Positions 19,343 through 28,413 of a DNA stretch of 37,413 nucleotides are shown here, piece after piece; the stretch's first letter is position 1, and each line of letters opens with the position of its first letter. The notes under the pieces are model-generated. The model searched no databases. It was given only the letters and a program-made list of their open reading frames with translations, and was not told where the DNA came from. Origin of the DNA: a virus (lineage: Duplodnaviria > Caudoviricetes); the IMG/VR virus record IMGVR_UViG_3300038679_000031, positions 1 through 37,413 of that record; one strand, given 5' to 3'. The position numbers and the translations under genes are program-made.

Positions 19343-19566
19343 TGGGATGTTGCGGAAAAGTTAAATCAATTGTTCAGGGATTTTCGGCTTTGGCGCGCGG
19401 CAAAAAGTACGAATTCACCGACAGCCGAATCCGTATCTGTCAACAGTGCGAAAATAACTACTGGGTAGCAAAAACGTTATGGTGTTCGATTTGTCGGTGT
19501 TTTATTCCGGCCAAAGCAAGAGTGGAATCTGAGAAGTGCCCTCTAATGAAATGGCAGGCGACATGA
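19342..19566 (+). CDS. small Cys-rich protein (DUF6171-like)
   Basis: RIRICQQC...CSICRCFIPAKA...CPLMKW; TAATG coupling. Confidence 0.7.
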   Translation: MGCCGKVKSIVQGFSALARGKKYEFTDSRIRICQQCENNYWVAKTLWCSICRCFIPAKARVESEKCPLMKWQAT

Positions 19567-20465
19567 GAAGCATGAAATCAAAAATGAGAAGCGCCAAGCG
19601 GCGGCGATTGGCCGGGCAGGTTTCTTTTGGGGCTGTGGTATCGCCAAGCGAGCCGGTATCTCCTGCGACTAACCGGATTTGGTTTTTCCATGTTGGCAGG
19701 GATAGCCAGGCGAATATCGAGTCCATCGTTTCATCCACCTTTGTTACGCATGTATTGATCTATGTCGGGAACCGGCATACGAACGATTACACGACTACCT
19801 ATGACAGCTTGCTCCGGTACGCCGTTTCGACGATTCGCAAAGCGGGTAAGAAGTCTGGGATCGTGCGGAATTTCTGGCCGACGACGACGGCAAAAGGGCA
19901 TGACGCAACAATTATGTTTTCTTCGTCGTATTATGCCGGAGAGGTTGCGGCATTGATGGAATTGAGGGCCGCCTACGGATGTGATTACATCGGCTTCGAT
20001 ATGGAAGCGTATGCCCCATCGACGAATCCGGTCTATCCGTATCTGTCGTGGGTGGATAACTATGTTCCGACGGCGGACGATATTGTCAATGTGAACGCGG
20101 CGGTGTCGTATGCGACGGAACTGCACGGTCAGGTCGATTACATCTATCCCGGCGGCTCGGTTCGAACGTATCACTTTTACAACCTGCTGGATTCGCTTGC
20201 GTCGAATTCGATCATCACCAGCACGTACTACGATAAGCCGGTCAATATCGCCAACCAGATTGCCGGAAAGACCCTTAGCACGGTGATTCATTCGATGTAC
20301 CTGCATACCACAAAAGAAAATGTAGCTGTACCGGAAAATCAGTACTACCTGTGTTCGGAGATTGCCGCGACGGAGGCAGAGTTTGAAGGGTATGGCGGCG
20401 TGTTTTTGTATCCGAAAGAAGACAATGTAACCGCAGTAATCGCTGCGTTATTGGCGATCGGGTGA
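19563..20465 (+). CDS. hypothetical protein, possible TIM-barrel glycoside hydrolase-like fold
   Basis: Alternating beta/alpha pattern, IGFDMEAY (DxE) motif; basic N-terminus. Confidence 0.5.
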   Translation: MRSMKSKMRSAKRRRLAGQVSFGAVVSPSEPVSPATNRIWFFHVGRDSQANIESIVSSTFVTHVLIYVGNRHTNDYTTTYDSLLRYAVSTIRKAGKKSGIVRNFWPTTTAKGHDATIMFSSSYYAGEVAALMELRAAYGCDYIGFDMEAYAPSTNPVYPYLSWVDNYVPTADDIVNVNAAVSYATELHGQVDYIYPGGSVRTYHFYNLLDSLASNSIITSTYYDKPVNIANQIAGKTLSTVIHSMYLHTTKENVAVPENQYYLCSEIAATEAEFEGYGGVFLYPKEDNVTAVIAALLAIG

Positions 20466-20495
20466 CAGCAAAGAAGGAACTTATTTGGAGCTACG

Positions 20496-20801
20496 ATGTT
20501 AGACACTAAAAGAAATTACTGGTGGATACAACCGGCGTTGACGCTGGTGATTGTCGGCGCAGGGATTGTCGGAAGCTACACGATGAGTAAAGAGCGAATC
20601 CGGGTTATCGGGATTCAAATCGAAAAGTTGCAGACCAAGGGGAGCGATCCGGTACATGCGTTGGAAACGCGGGTCTCCGTTCTTGAGGAGCGGATGTATC
20701 GGTATATGGAGTCGAACAGCAAGGATCACGACGAGATTAAGATCAAGCTGGACAAGCTGATTGCCAAGCAGTCCGGTATGGCGTTTGACAGTACGAATTA
20801 G
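20496..20801 (+). CDS. single-TM coiled-coil membrane protein (holin or lysis-cassette-like)
   Basis: TM WWIQPALTLVIVGAGIVG then coiled coil ending IKIKLDKLI. Confidence 0.6.
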   Translation: MLDTKRNYWWIQPALTLVIVGAGIVGSYTMSKERIRVIGIQIEKLQTKGSDPVHALETRVSVLEERMYRYMESNSKDHDEIKIKLDKLIAKQSGMAFDSTN

Positions 20802-20862
20802 TAACGGGTCTGGGCCGGTGGGTGTTCTACCCTGCGGCCCCACCTTAACCGAAAGGACAGGT

Positions 20863-21057
20863 ATGGAAACTATCAAGGTGCTTTGGAGCAAGATGCGTGG
20901 GAAAAAGAGGTACTTTCTTTTGATTGTTCTCGGCATGGTGAATTATCTGGGGCCGGAGGTCGGCATGAGTCCGGAGCAGATCGACGTAACCAACAAGTTT
21001 ATCGCTGTTCTGTTCGGCGTGAATTTTGTCGGGGATATGGCATTACCTAAGAAGTGA
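20863..21057 (+). CDS. small two-TM holin-like protein
   Basis: GAAAGGA RBS; MRGKKRYFLLIVLG..., second hydrophobic segment, basic C-terminus. Confidence 0.6.
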   Translation: METIKVLWSKMRGKKRYFLLIVLGMVNYLGPEVGMSPEQIDVTNKFIAVLFGVNFVGDMALPKK

Positions 21058-21065
21058 GGCGAGAA

Positions 21066-22214
21066 ATGAAGCGATATCTTCTCCTGTTTTTGCTGCTGTG
21101 CGGGCTGACGTGCGGGGCCGATGTTTCGGTGTACAATCTTCCCATCGCAAATCCCTACAGTCTGCCGGCCAATGTCACATTTACAACGTTACAGCTTAAC
21201 AGTGTCGGTGAGGGGTCGGAAACGAAGGCCGGGTCTGTGTTCATCGCCCCGATTGCCGGAGCCACCAGCAAGATCACGAAGGCCGGATTTCGCATCACGG
21301 CGGTAACGGGCACACCGGCGACCTATCGGGTATCGTTACAGGGGGTGACGGCGGCCACGGGTCTTCCCGACGGCACGATCAAGAGCGGTACGGGATCGAA
21401 CGATGTCTATGTCGACGTCGATCCGTCGGCGACGGGGTGGTCGGGATGGCTCACGTTGGGCGGAGGCGGCTATAGCCCGACGCAGGGAGAAGCGCTAGCC
21501 GTTGTTGTCGCTCCAGTCGATGATCCATCGAGCGCCAATGTTACCGTGGCCTACGGATATACAATTCAGGCGTCAGTTTCGTTGTCTCCGTTCGGGGTAG
21601 TCATGGCAGCCGGGACGTGGGCGATCAGCACAAAACCGCCGATGATCGGCGTTCAATATGCCAACGGAGTCGTGCCGAACGGAATCCTTTGTATCAGCGC
21701 CGGAACGGACCAAGCATGGAGCACAAGTAATGCCCCGTTGTATCGGGGGATAAAATGGACTCCGCCCTTGACCTGCCGTCTGGTGGGTGCGTATGTCTGG
21801 ATGCGTCCCGCCGCCGGTTCCGACTTCGCTCTGGAACTGTTTTCCGACAAAACCGAGGTTCTCAGTGTCGATGTCGATGTCAGTCAGGTCTTGTCTTCTG
21901 TCGGCGGAAATTATCTCATTTACGTTCCGTTTACGCCAACCACCCTGACCGCAAACAGCGTTTATAGAATTCTTGTACAGCCGGCGACGACAACGGCATT
22001 CACGAGTTTTTTGGCATGGACGTTTCCCGATGCGGCCAGTCTGCGCTCGATGTACGGATCGCTCTACGGGACTACCTTGACCTCGGATAAGGCAACGGCA
22101 GTCGATTACGATAATGCCTCGGACGGTTATCGGTTTTACGGAGTTATCCCGGTGATTGATCAGATCACGCTATCCGCTGGCGGCGGGATGGGGTTCAGCG
22201 GGGGCTTCCAATGA
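21066..22214 (+). CDS. signal-peptide-bearing beta-sandwich protein (two related halves)
   Basis: MKRYLLLFLLLCGLTCGA; all-beta Thr/Val-rich body. Confidence 0.65.
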   Translation: MKRYLLLFLLLCGLTCGADVSVYNLPIANPYSLPANVTFTTLQLNSVGEGSETKAGSVFIAPIAGATSKITKAGFRITAVTGTPATYRVSLQGVTAATGLPDGTIKSGTGSNDVYVDVDPSATGWSGWLTLGGGGYSPTQGEALAVVVAPVDDPSSANVTVAYGYTIQASVSLSPFGVVMAAGTWAISTKPPMIGVQYANGVVPNGILCISAGTDQAWSTSNAPLYRGIKWTPPLTCRLVGAYVWMRPAAGSDFALELFSDKTEVLSVDVDVSQVLSSVGGNYLIYVPFTPTTLTANSVYRILVQPATTTAFTSFLAWTFPDAASLRSMYGSLYGTTLTSDKATAVDYDNASDGYRFYGVIPVIDQITLSAGGGMGFSGGFQ

Positions 22215-24310
22215 TATCCGGGATGAAATATCTTGTTTTGATATTGGGATTCTGCCTGCCGGTGTATGCGGCGGATTACTATGTTGACGCTTCCGGCGGC
22301 AACGATACAACCGGCGACGGATCGACGGGCAATCCGTATGCGACGCTGACGAAAGTACAATCGCTTGGGACGGCGGGCAATAATTATCTGAGCAACTGCA
22401 CGGTGTACCTGCGGACGGGAACCTATACCTGGACGACTGAGCAAAACAAGACTCGAACAGATTGGTTTAAGGTTACGAATGATGTCGGCAACACGCCGAC
22501 GATCTCCGGGCTTGTCCAGGCCGCTCGATATCCTACCGTCATGGCCGACACGTACCTGTGGTTTGAGGGGATCGCATTTACGGGAAGATTGAATCTGGCG
22601 TTTGGGCGATATTGGAAAGTGATCAATTGTACAGTGACCGGAGAAGGATACGATGCGACAACTGGCCTTCCCAACGTTACGGCGATAAATCTCTCCTATA
22701 CCGATCAGGCATTGATTGATAGGGTTACAATTACAGGAACCGGAACCTACAACAATGCTCTGACCTCAACAGGCGGCCAGTCCGGGGTTAATTTTGGGAC
22801 GGCGTTTCGATACGGGATCAATTGCGCCTACAGCACGACCGAACTCAATACAAACATGACGATCCAGAATTGCACGGTGTTGGGCTGCGATGATTCGATT
22901 GTTGTGGCTGGAAACGACTTCACCCTTACAAACAATACGGTGTCTTATTTCACGGACAATGGGCTTACGGTGATTGGGGCCAACGAGTATTCCGGCACGG
23001 CCTGCCTGATCGAACGCAATACAATCCGCTATGGCGGAAAGTTTAGTGGCAATCATATTGATTTAATCCAATTCAATAATGCGTATGGGTATTATCCGGC
23101 TTATCCAACGGTCAATAATCTAAAATGTAGGAATATTACAGTTCGCGGTAATATCCTCCACGACAGCGACCAGCAGGGGATGTTTCTTCGGAATGACACG
23201 GCAGCGTCTGAAAACTGGGTGATTGAAAACAATCTGGTCTATAACACAGATCTCGAACAGAAAGGTAATGGTTCGGTTCGTATGATGGGGGCGAATGGGA
23301 TCGTATTTCGAAATAACACGATTGCCAAAGGAACAGTGGGCGGGCCAGGAAGCGGACTTGTCATGGTTGAGGACTACGGGCTTGGCACGGTTGTAACCTC
23401 TTTCCATAATAATATTGTGCAGGGCATGATTGATCTGTACACGGTGCTGGACACGAATTCAGGTCGGCAGGTCGAAGTAACCTACGAAGATTATAATGTC
23501 TATGTAACCAAGGGCTTTCACATGTCGGGGTTTTCGTGGGGGGCCAACGATTCCCAAATGACATCTTCGGCGATCTCCGCGTTGTTTGCCAACTATTCCG
23601 CGAGCAATTATCGGCTTGCGGCGGCGTTGGCGGGCGATCCTACGGCGGGTCGGTATGCCACCGATATCATCGGCGTTACTCGTGAGTCGGGGGCGGACGC
23701 GGATCGGGGGGCGTATGAGTTTGTCTCGGCTGGGGCCGGGGCGCCGGTGCTTGCCGCTATTGGCCCGAAATCGGTGGAAGAGGAATCGGCGATTTCGATG
23801 GATGCGAATGCGACGGGGGGCACGGCTCCGCTGGTCTATTCGCTTGTGAACGCGCCGTCCGGATGCACGATTAACAGCAGTACCGGGGTCGTCTCATGGA
23901 CTCCGACTTCATCGCCCTCGCAGGCGGGAACCTACGATGTAACCGTCGTCGTTACGGATGACGCCGCCTTGACCGATACGGAAGTGGTTACGATCACAGT
24001 CTCTGCGATTCCGATTGCCAACAGCGCGCCGTATTTCAATATCAGTCCGGGTACTCAGGTTGCGACGGCGGGCCTGGCGTGGGGGATTGTCCGCTACGCG
24101 ACCGACGACGACGGCGATACAAAAACATGGTCGTTTTCAGGACTTCCCGCGTGGGCTTCGGGGAATACGGCGACCGGGGAAATAACGGGAACGCCTCTGT
24201 ATCCCGGCAGGTGGTCGATCACGGTCGGCGTCACCGCCACGGGTGGAAGCGATTCGGAAACATGGATACTGGAAGTCGAAACAAGTCCAACACGGTACGG
24301 GCTATTTTAG
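22211..24310 (+). CDS. secreted-type right-handed parallel beta-helix protein with DUF1565-like N-cap and two Ig/cadherin-like domains
   Basis: Signal MKYLVLILGFCLPVYA; YYVDASGGND..GDGS..NPYATL; IENNLVYN and FRNNTI repeats; DRGAYEF; INSSTGVVSWTP and TATGEITGTP. Confidence 0.82.
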   Translation: MISGMKYLVLILGFCLPVYAADYYVDASGGNDTTGDGSTGNPYATLTKVQSLGTAGNNYLSNCTVYLRTGTYTWTTEQNKTRTDWFKVTNDVGNTPTISGLVQAARYPTVMADTYLWFEGIAFTGRLNLAFGRYWKVINCTVTGEGYDATTGLPNVTAINLSYTDQALIDRVTITGTGTYNNALTSTGGQSGVNFGTAFRYGINCAYSTTELNTNMTIQNCTVLGCDDSIVVAGNDFTLTNNTVSYFTDNGLTVIGANEYSGTACLIERNTIRYGGKFSGNHIDLIQFNNAYGYYPAYPTVNNLKCRNITVRGNILHDSDQQGMFLRNDTAASENWVIENNLVYNTDLEQKGNGSVRMMGANGIVFRNNTIAKGTVGGPGSGLVMVEDYGLGTVVTSFHNNIVQGMIDLYTVLDTNSGRQVEVTYEDYNVYVTKGFHMSGFSWGANDSQMTSSAISALFANYSASNYRLAAALAGDPTAGRYATDIIGVTRESGADADRGAYEFVSAGAGAPVLAAIGPKSVEEESAISMDANATGGTAPLVYSLVNAPSGCTINSSTGVVSWTPTSSPSQAGTYDVTVVVTDDAALTDTEVVTITVSAIPIANSAPYFNISPGTQVATAGLAWGIVRYATDDDGDTKTWSFSGLPAWASGNTATGEITGTPLYPGRWSITVGVTATGGSDSETWILEVETSPTRYGLF

Positions 24311-24319
24311 GAGCAAATT

Positions 24320-25222
24320 ATGAAACGTTTTCTTATCGGATTATTCGGTGCTCTTCTGTGCGGGATTTCGTTGGGCGCCGATATTATCGCCTCTGGATCG
24401 GCCAGCCCGATCATCAATGTCATTCTGTTTCAGACGGCGGACGGGATTACTCCGATCACGACGTTGTCGGGAACCAATATAACCCTGTACTACGCGGAAG
24501 AGCCGACCGGGTCGGGAACGATTGGCGACGAGGTGACTGTCGAGTGTACCGACCTTGCCAATACGCATACGGCTTACTCGTCTGGCGCCGCTATTCATGT
24601 TGGCGGCGGCGTGTACCGAATCTGCCTGCCGATTGCGGCTGTCGATGGGGCCGCCGGAACGAAAGTTACCGTGCGCGTGACCGATGAAACAGCGGCGGCT
24701 CGAACGGCATACAAAGAGATTCTGTTAAGCCCGTCAGTCAATACGGCACTGATTAACGGCAATGTCCCCTCTGCCGCGCCGACAAACTTTCCATCTTTAT
24801 CCATCGACGCGAATGGCTTTGTTACGGTCGCCGACGATTCGATCACGGCGGCCAAGATTGCCACGGACGCGATAGGCGCGTCGGAGATCGCGACAGATGC
24901 GGCGATGGAGATTGCCAGCGGTGGCGGGCCGTCTGTATCCGCAGACAATGTGTCGCTGCCGGAAACCAGCAGGAATTCGTTCATACCAGATACAAGCCCG
25001 TCGTTCGATGCGACTTATTGTATATTGATTTTGTACGACAATAGCGCAACAAGTCATTCATATCATCTTATAATAAGTCATACAGACCGAGGAACGGCCA
25101 CGGAGAGAATTACGTTTTTTCCGTCGATAACTTATACTTTTGGAACAGACGACACCTATTCGATTGTTGGGGGATTTGGCGGGTTGAGTCACACAAATAT
25201 CATGCAGTATTCGCCGCGTTAA
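24320..25222 (+). CDS. signal-peptide-bearing hypothetical protein
   Basis: AGGAG RBS; MKRFLIGLFGALLCGISLGA; ITAAKIATDAIGASEIA fibre-like repeat. Confidence 0.65.
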   Translation: MKRFLIGLFGALLCGISLGADIIASGSASPIINVILFQTADGITPITTLSGTNITLYYAEEPTGSGTIGDEVTVECTDLANTHTAYSSGAAIHVGGGVYRICLPIAAVDGAAGTKVTVRVTDETAAARTAYKEILLSPSVNTALINGNVPSAAPTNFPSLSIDANGFVTVADDSITAAKIATDAIGASEIATDAAMEIASGGGPSVSADNVSLPETSRNSFIPDTSPSFDATYCILILYDNSATSHSYHLIISHTDRGTATERITFFPSITYTFGTDDTYSIVGGFGGLSHTNIMQYSPR

Positions 25223-26115
25223 TCTTTTCTGGATGTAGAGACATTGGAGAACGTGCGGCCGTGTCGTTTGTTTACCGCGTCGCGCCATGCCACAAACTCG
25301 GTCATGGTTTTCGTGTCCATCCTGTGCGGCGGCTTACGGAATTTCTCCGGGATCGGCTGTAGATCGTTCATGTCCAGCATGACGCCAAGCCACGGGCTGG
25401 CCTGCGCGCCGGTGTAATGACATACCCCGTCGTCTCCCTGCCAAATCTCCGTTAATAGTTTGTAGTCTGAGCGTACAGTGTCCAGTCGATGCGAGAATGT
25501 ATTCAAATTAAGCTTCTTATAATCCTCAAAATAACGAACAAAGATTGCGTTAAAAAGAGTTGCGGCGGCCAATCCGTATCCTCGTTTTTTTGCGGACTCG
25601 ACAATCGACAGCGGAGAATTCCCGTTGTGCAGTTCTCCCGGTTCGGACCGGTACAATACCGTGTTTGACATTGTAGGGTTGTATTCGATGATTACCACGC
25701 GCGGGTGGTAATGTATCAGAGACTCCCATACCGCAAGATCGTAACTGTCGATGTCGATGGATAAGAGATCGAACATCGACGGACACGGCGTTTTGCTCAG
25801 TATTGTATCCAGCGAATTATCCCCTGCACATTCTACCGTTTTGTGGATACAAGTTACTTTTGGATTCCATCCGTGGTTCAGTTTCAAATATTGGAACGAA
25901 TGATCTTCCGATTCTATCATTACCGCGTTCCATTGTGCGAGTCGGATGAATAGGAACGTGTTGCTATTGGTAATACCGTCGCCCGCCCCAAATTCCACAC
26001 ACCATCCGGTTTTGACGCCGATCACATCGAATATCTTTTTAAGGATACCATCTTCTCCACACTGGGAGTGTTTTCCGTCTTTCGTATAGGCGTTAAGCCA
26101 CTGCGGATCGTTCAT
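25219..26115 (-). CDS. FkbM-like SAM methyltransferase
   Basis: SQCGEDGIL, VEFGAGDG...SNT, DLLSIDIDSYD, PRVVIIEYN. Confidence 0.82.
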   Translation of the reverse strand: MNDPQWLNAYTKDGKHSQCGEDGILKKIFDVIGVKTGWCVEFGAGDGITNSNTFLFIRLAQWNAVMIESEDHSFQYLKLNHGWNPKVTCIHKTVECAGDNSLDTILSKTPCPSMFDLLSIDIDSYDLAVWESLIHYHPRVVIIEYNPTMSNTVLYRSEPGELHNGNSPLSIVESAKKRGYGLAAATLFNAIFVRYFEDYKKLNLNTFSHRLDTVRSDYKLLTEIWQGDDGVCHYTGAQASPWLGVMLDMNDLQPIPEKFRKPPHRMDTKTMTEFVAWRDAVNKRHGRTFSNVSTSRKD

Positions 26116-26324
26116 GGATTCTTCTTTCTAATAGCGAGACCTACTGTTGAATTATACTTAATTATCGAATACGGCGCTCCGTGCTCGTCCTTGTGATCTT
26201 GGATTTCGTATTCTAAATTTCTTGCGTAAGTACGGATCAAGTCAGAAAAATGGTAGTCGCCCAATTCTTTTAACCTAAGTCTTGTTAGCAATAGCATCGC
26301 CAAAAGTGCATCTTCGCGGGTCAT
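26112..26324 (-). CDS. hypothetical protein
   Basis: GGAAGGA RBS; ATGA coupling to FkbM-like gene. Confidence 0.55.
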   Translation of the reverse strand: MTREDALLAMLLLTRLRLKELGDYHFSDLIRTYARNLEYEIQDHKDEHGAPYSIIKYNSTVGLAIRKKNP

Positions 26325-26428
26325 ATCCTTCCCATCTTAACATTGTCATTCTATGCGTCTATTTGCCGCTACAATCGAATTTCGTCCCGCTTGGGTATCC
26401 CCGCATACCTTTAGCCGGGAAAACGCGC

Positions 26429-26941
26429 CTAAATCAATCCTGCGCGGTTTTTGAATAGCGTGGTATCGTACCACGTCAGGCATACCGCCAAAGCGTTCCA
26501 GCAATGAGAGGAGACCCCGTACAGCGGACCGGGGTTTTTCTTGGTTCCGATCTGCCTGACCTTGCCGCCGCCGGTAGGGGGAAAGCGGTCGATAATCGCC
26601 TGACGGATATTTGCGTCTCTGGCTCTGGCCGTTCCGCAGTGGTGTATCTTGCACTGATGGCGGGTTACGGTATATTTGTACCGTTCCGCCCAGTCCGGGA
26701 TACCGTAGTATCCGTACAGCAACGCTCCGATGAACTCCACCGTATCGAACGTCTCTTTGCCGACCGCCATTCCCATGCACGCAATCCGTTCGACGACGAG
26801 ATACGTGTCCTGTTCGTAAGTAATCTCATCCAGTAATCCGACATTCGATTGAATTCCGCAGTCCATGATTTTCATTTCGCCCGGTTCGTACCTTACCCAT
26901 CCGCTTTCCGTCGTGCCTGGGTCAACGCCGATTAAGATCAT
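26429..26941 (-). CDS. RuvC-like Holliday junction resolvase
   Basis: ILIGVDPGTTESGW, LVVE, D.NIRQA, HCWNALAV. Confidence 0.8.
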   Translation of the reverse strand: MILIGVDPGTTESGWVRYEPGEMKIMDCGIQSNVGLLDEITYEQDTYLVVERIACMGMAVGKETFDTVEFIGALLYGYYGIPDWAERYKYTVTRHQCKIHHCGTARARDANIRQAIIDRFPPTGGGKVRQIGTKKNPGPLYGVSSHCWNALAVCLTWYDTTLFKNRAGLI

Positions 26942-27159
26942 TGTTTTTTCCTTTTCCAGAGGATTATCCCTTCAATCGCCAGCAGAAGGAAGATCAAGTC
27001 CCTGATCATCAAAGACCGTGTGTCGGTCATGTAGTGTATCACCGCCGAAAGAACATTGGATGCCGTCCACAAGTAAAAACATTCAATCCTGCGCCTGTTG
27101 TTCAGTATCACGCCTGATACCGCTAAAATCGTCGTTATAGTTCCGATGATCTCGATCAT
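26938..27159 (-). CDS. PnuC-like small membrane protein
   Basis: G.ILN..R..CFYLW..SN, GIILW; AAGGAG RBS before ATG 27159. Confidence 0.65.
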   Translation of the reverse strand: MIEIIGTITTILAVSGVILNNRRRIECFYLWTASNVLSAVIHYMTDTRSLMIRDLIFLLLAIEGIILWKRKKQ

Positions 27160-27172
27160 GGATTCTCCTTTC

Positions 27173-27382
27173 CTAATGTGTAATACGGACACTCAGACGT
27201 TGGAATCCTTGCCGCGTCTTTGAGTACCGGGTTGTGAAACTCGTGCTCCCGTGAGTTGTAAATCGGCAGTTCGATTCAGAATAAGTACACCGCAAGGCAA
27301 GGATTTCGCAATACTCACACTGTGCGATGGTTTTCGTTCTGTGTACGCGGAAGGCGAAATTGCTGAAGATGGTTCCGGGCAT
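27173..27382 (-). CDS. hypothetical protein
   Basis: GAAAGGA RBS; CEYC; fills gap in the operon. Confidence 0.4.
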   Translation of the reverse strand: MPGTIFSNFAFRVHRTKTIAQCEYCEILALRCTYSESNCRFTTHGSTSFTTRYSKTRQGFQRLSVRITH

Positions 27383-27383
27383 T

Positions 27384-28346
27384 TTATTGGTTCCTTTCTT
27401 TGCTCATCTCATCCACTTCTTTGATTGCTTGCATAATGCACGCCGCCACTTGCGGAACGATGGCGTTTCCGAGGGATTTAAGGCGGTCCACTCTGAAGGG
27501 TATCCCATCATCCACTCGACAAAGGCGGGCTGCAACTTCAATCCACCCCTCCGTCCACCTCCCGAAATTGCCGTCATAGCATTCTGAAGGCCATCTCCCG
27601 GCGAGTCCGCTCCCCTTTGTGTACATCCTTTCCAGTCGCGGAATTTCGGTGTCGGGAGCATGGCAATCTGATCGTTCAGGCACAGGGGCATCTTGCGGAC
27701 AGTATATCGGTCGTGAAGATTTTTCGGACTTCTCGGTCCCCGTTCCATGTTCGCATCCGGAGTTCGCAACAATCCACACCCTGTCTCGTCTGTGCGGGGC
27801 GTTGACGGCGCAAGCTGGAATAATAAACGTTTGCACGGTGTAACCTTCCATTTCCAGATCAGCAATACTCTGGTCGAGTCCCAGATTGATGAAGCCAGCA
27901 ACATTTTCGCCAACGATCCAACGGGGTCGGGTTTCTCGGATAACGCGATACATTTCCGGCCATAATGCGCGGTCATCGCCCGCGCCTCTTCGTTTCCCGG
28001 CGCAACTATAGGGCTGGCAGGGGAATCCACCTGTAAGGAGGTCAATGGCTCCTGAATCTTCTCCCTGAGATTCGCACACCCACCTTTTTTCAATCTCTTC
28101 GCCCTCGCTTCCGGGCTGTTTCCGAATACCGGAAGGTGGTCTAATGCTTGTGGTGTTGGCAATAGCGGTTCCATTGAAGTCCTTTATATCTGAATGAATC
28201 GGTACGTCTGGCCAGTGTTTTTTGAGTACAGCCTGGCAGAACGGATCAATCTCAACGAAAGAAACGATCTCATGTTCCTTGCCCCATACCCATTGGGCCG
28301 CCAAAGCGAAACCGCCAATCCCGCTGAACAGGTCAAGATGTCTCAT
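27384..28346 (-). CDS. DNA (cytosine-5) methyltransferase, alpha-like polypeptide
   Basis: Motif I DLFSGIGG, IV GGFPCQ, VI ENV, VIII HRRDRVWIVA, X RLKSLGNAIVP; no motif IX in frame. Confidence 0.93.
   Translation of the reverse strand: MRHLDLFSGIGGFALAAQWVWGKEHEIVSFVEIDPFCQAVLKKHWPDVPIHSDIKDFNGTAIANTTSIRPPSGIRKQPGSEGEEIEKRWVCESQGEDSGAIDLLTGGFPCQPYSCAGKRRGAGDDRALWPEMYRVIRETRPRWIVGENVAGFINLGLDQSIADLEMEGYTVQTFIIPACAVNAPHRRDRVWIVANSGCEHGTGTEKSEKSSRPIYCPQDAPVPERSDCHAPDTEIPRLERMYTKGSGLAGRWPSECYDGNFGRWTEGWIEVAARLCRVDDGIPFRVDRLKSLGNAIVPQVAACIMQAIKEVDEMSKERNQ
27404..28174 (-). CDS. nested alternate-frame polypeptide with C5-MTase motif IX (beta-like subunit)
   Basis: 256 open codons within dcm; AAGGA RBS; LPTP/LRTP repeats; LQPAFVEWMMGYPSEWT. 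Confidence 0.7.
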   Translation of the reverse strand: MEPLLPTPQALDHLPVFGNSPEARAKRLKKGGCANLREKIQEPLTSLQVDSPASPIVAPGNEEARAMTAHYGRKCIALSEKPDPVGSLAKMLLASSIWDSTRVLLIWKWKVTPCKRLLFQLAPSTPRTDETGCGLLRTPDANMERGPRSPKNLHDRYTVRKMPLCLNDQIAMLPTPKFRDWKGCTQRGADSPGDGLQNAMTAISGGGRRGGLKLQPAFVEWMMGYPSEWTALNPSETPSFRKWRRALCKQSKKWMR

Positions 28347-28413
28347 CTCATCCTCTTGCCGCATTTCGGCTTGTGGTCATTTTGTGTCCGTATTTCATTT
28401 TCATGGATCCCTC

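Noticed and set aside
20807-20845. GC hairpin between the holin-like genes as a terminator or fourth tRNA-like element
   Set aside because: Single imperfect stem, no U-tract and no second arm or CCA end.
675-25222. Stop-codon reassignment, introns or inteins in core genes
   Set aside because: Terminase, portal, protease and capsid are full length and uninterrupted in the standard code.
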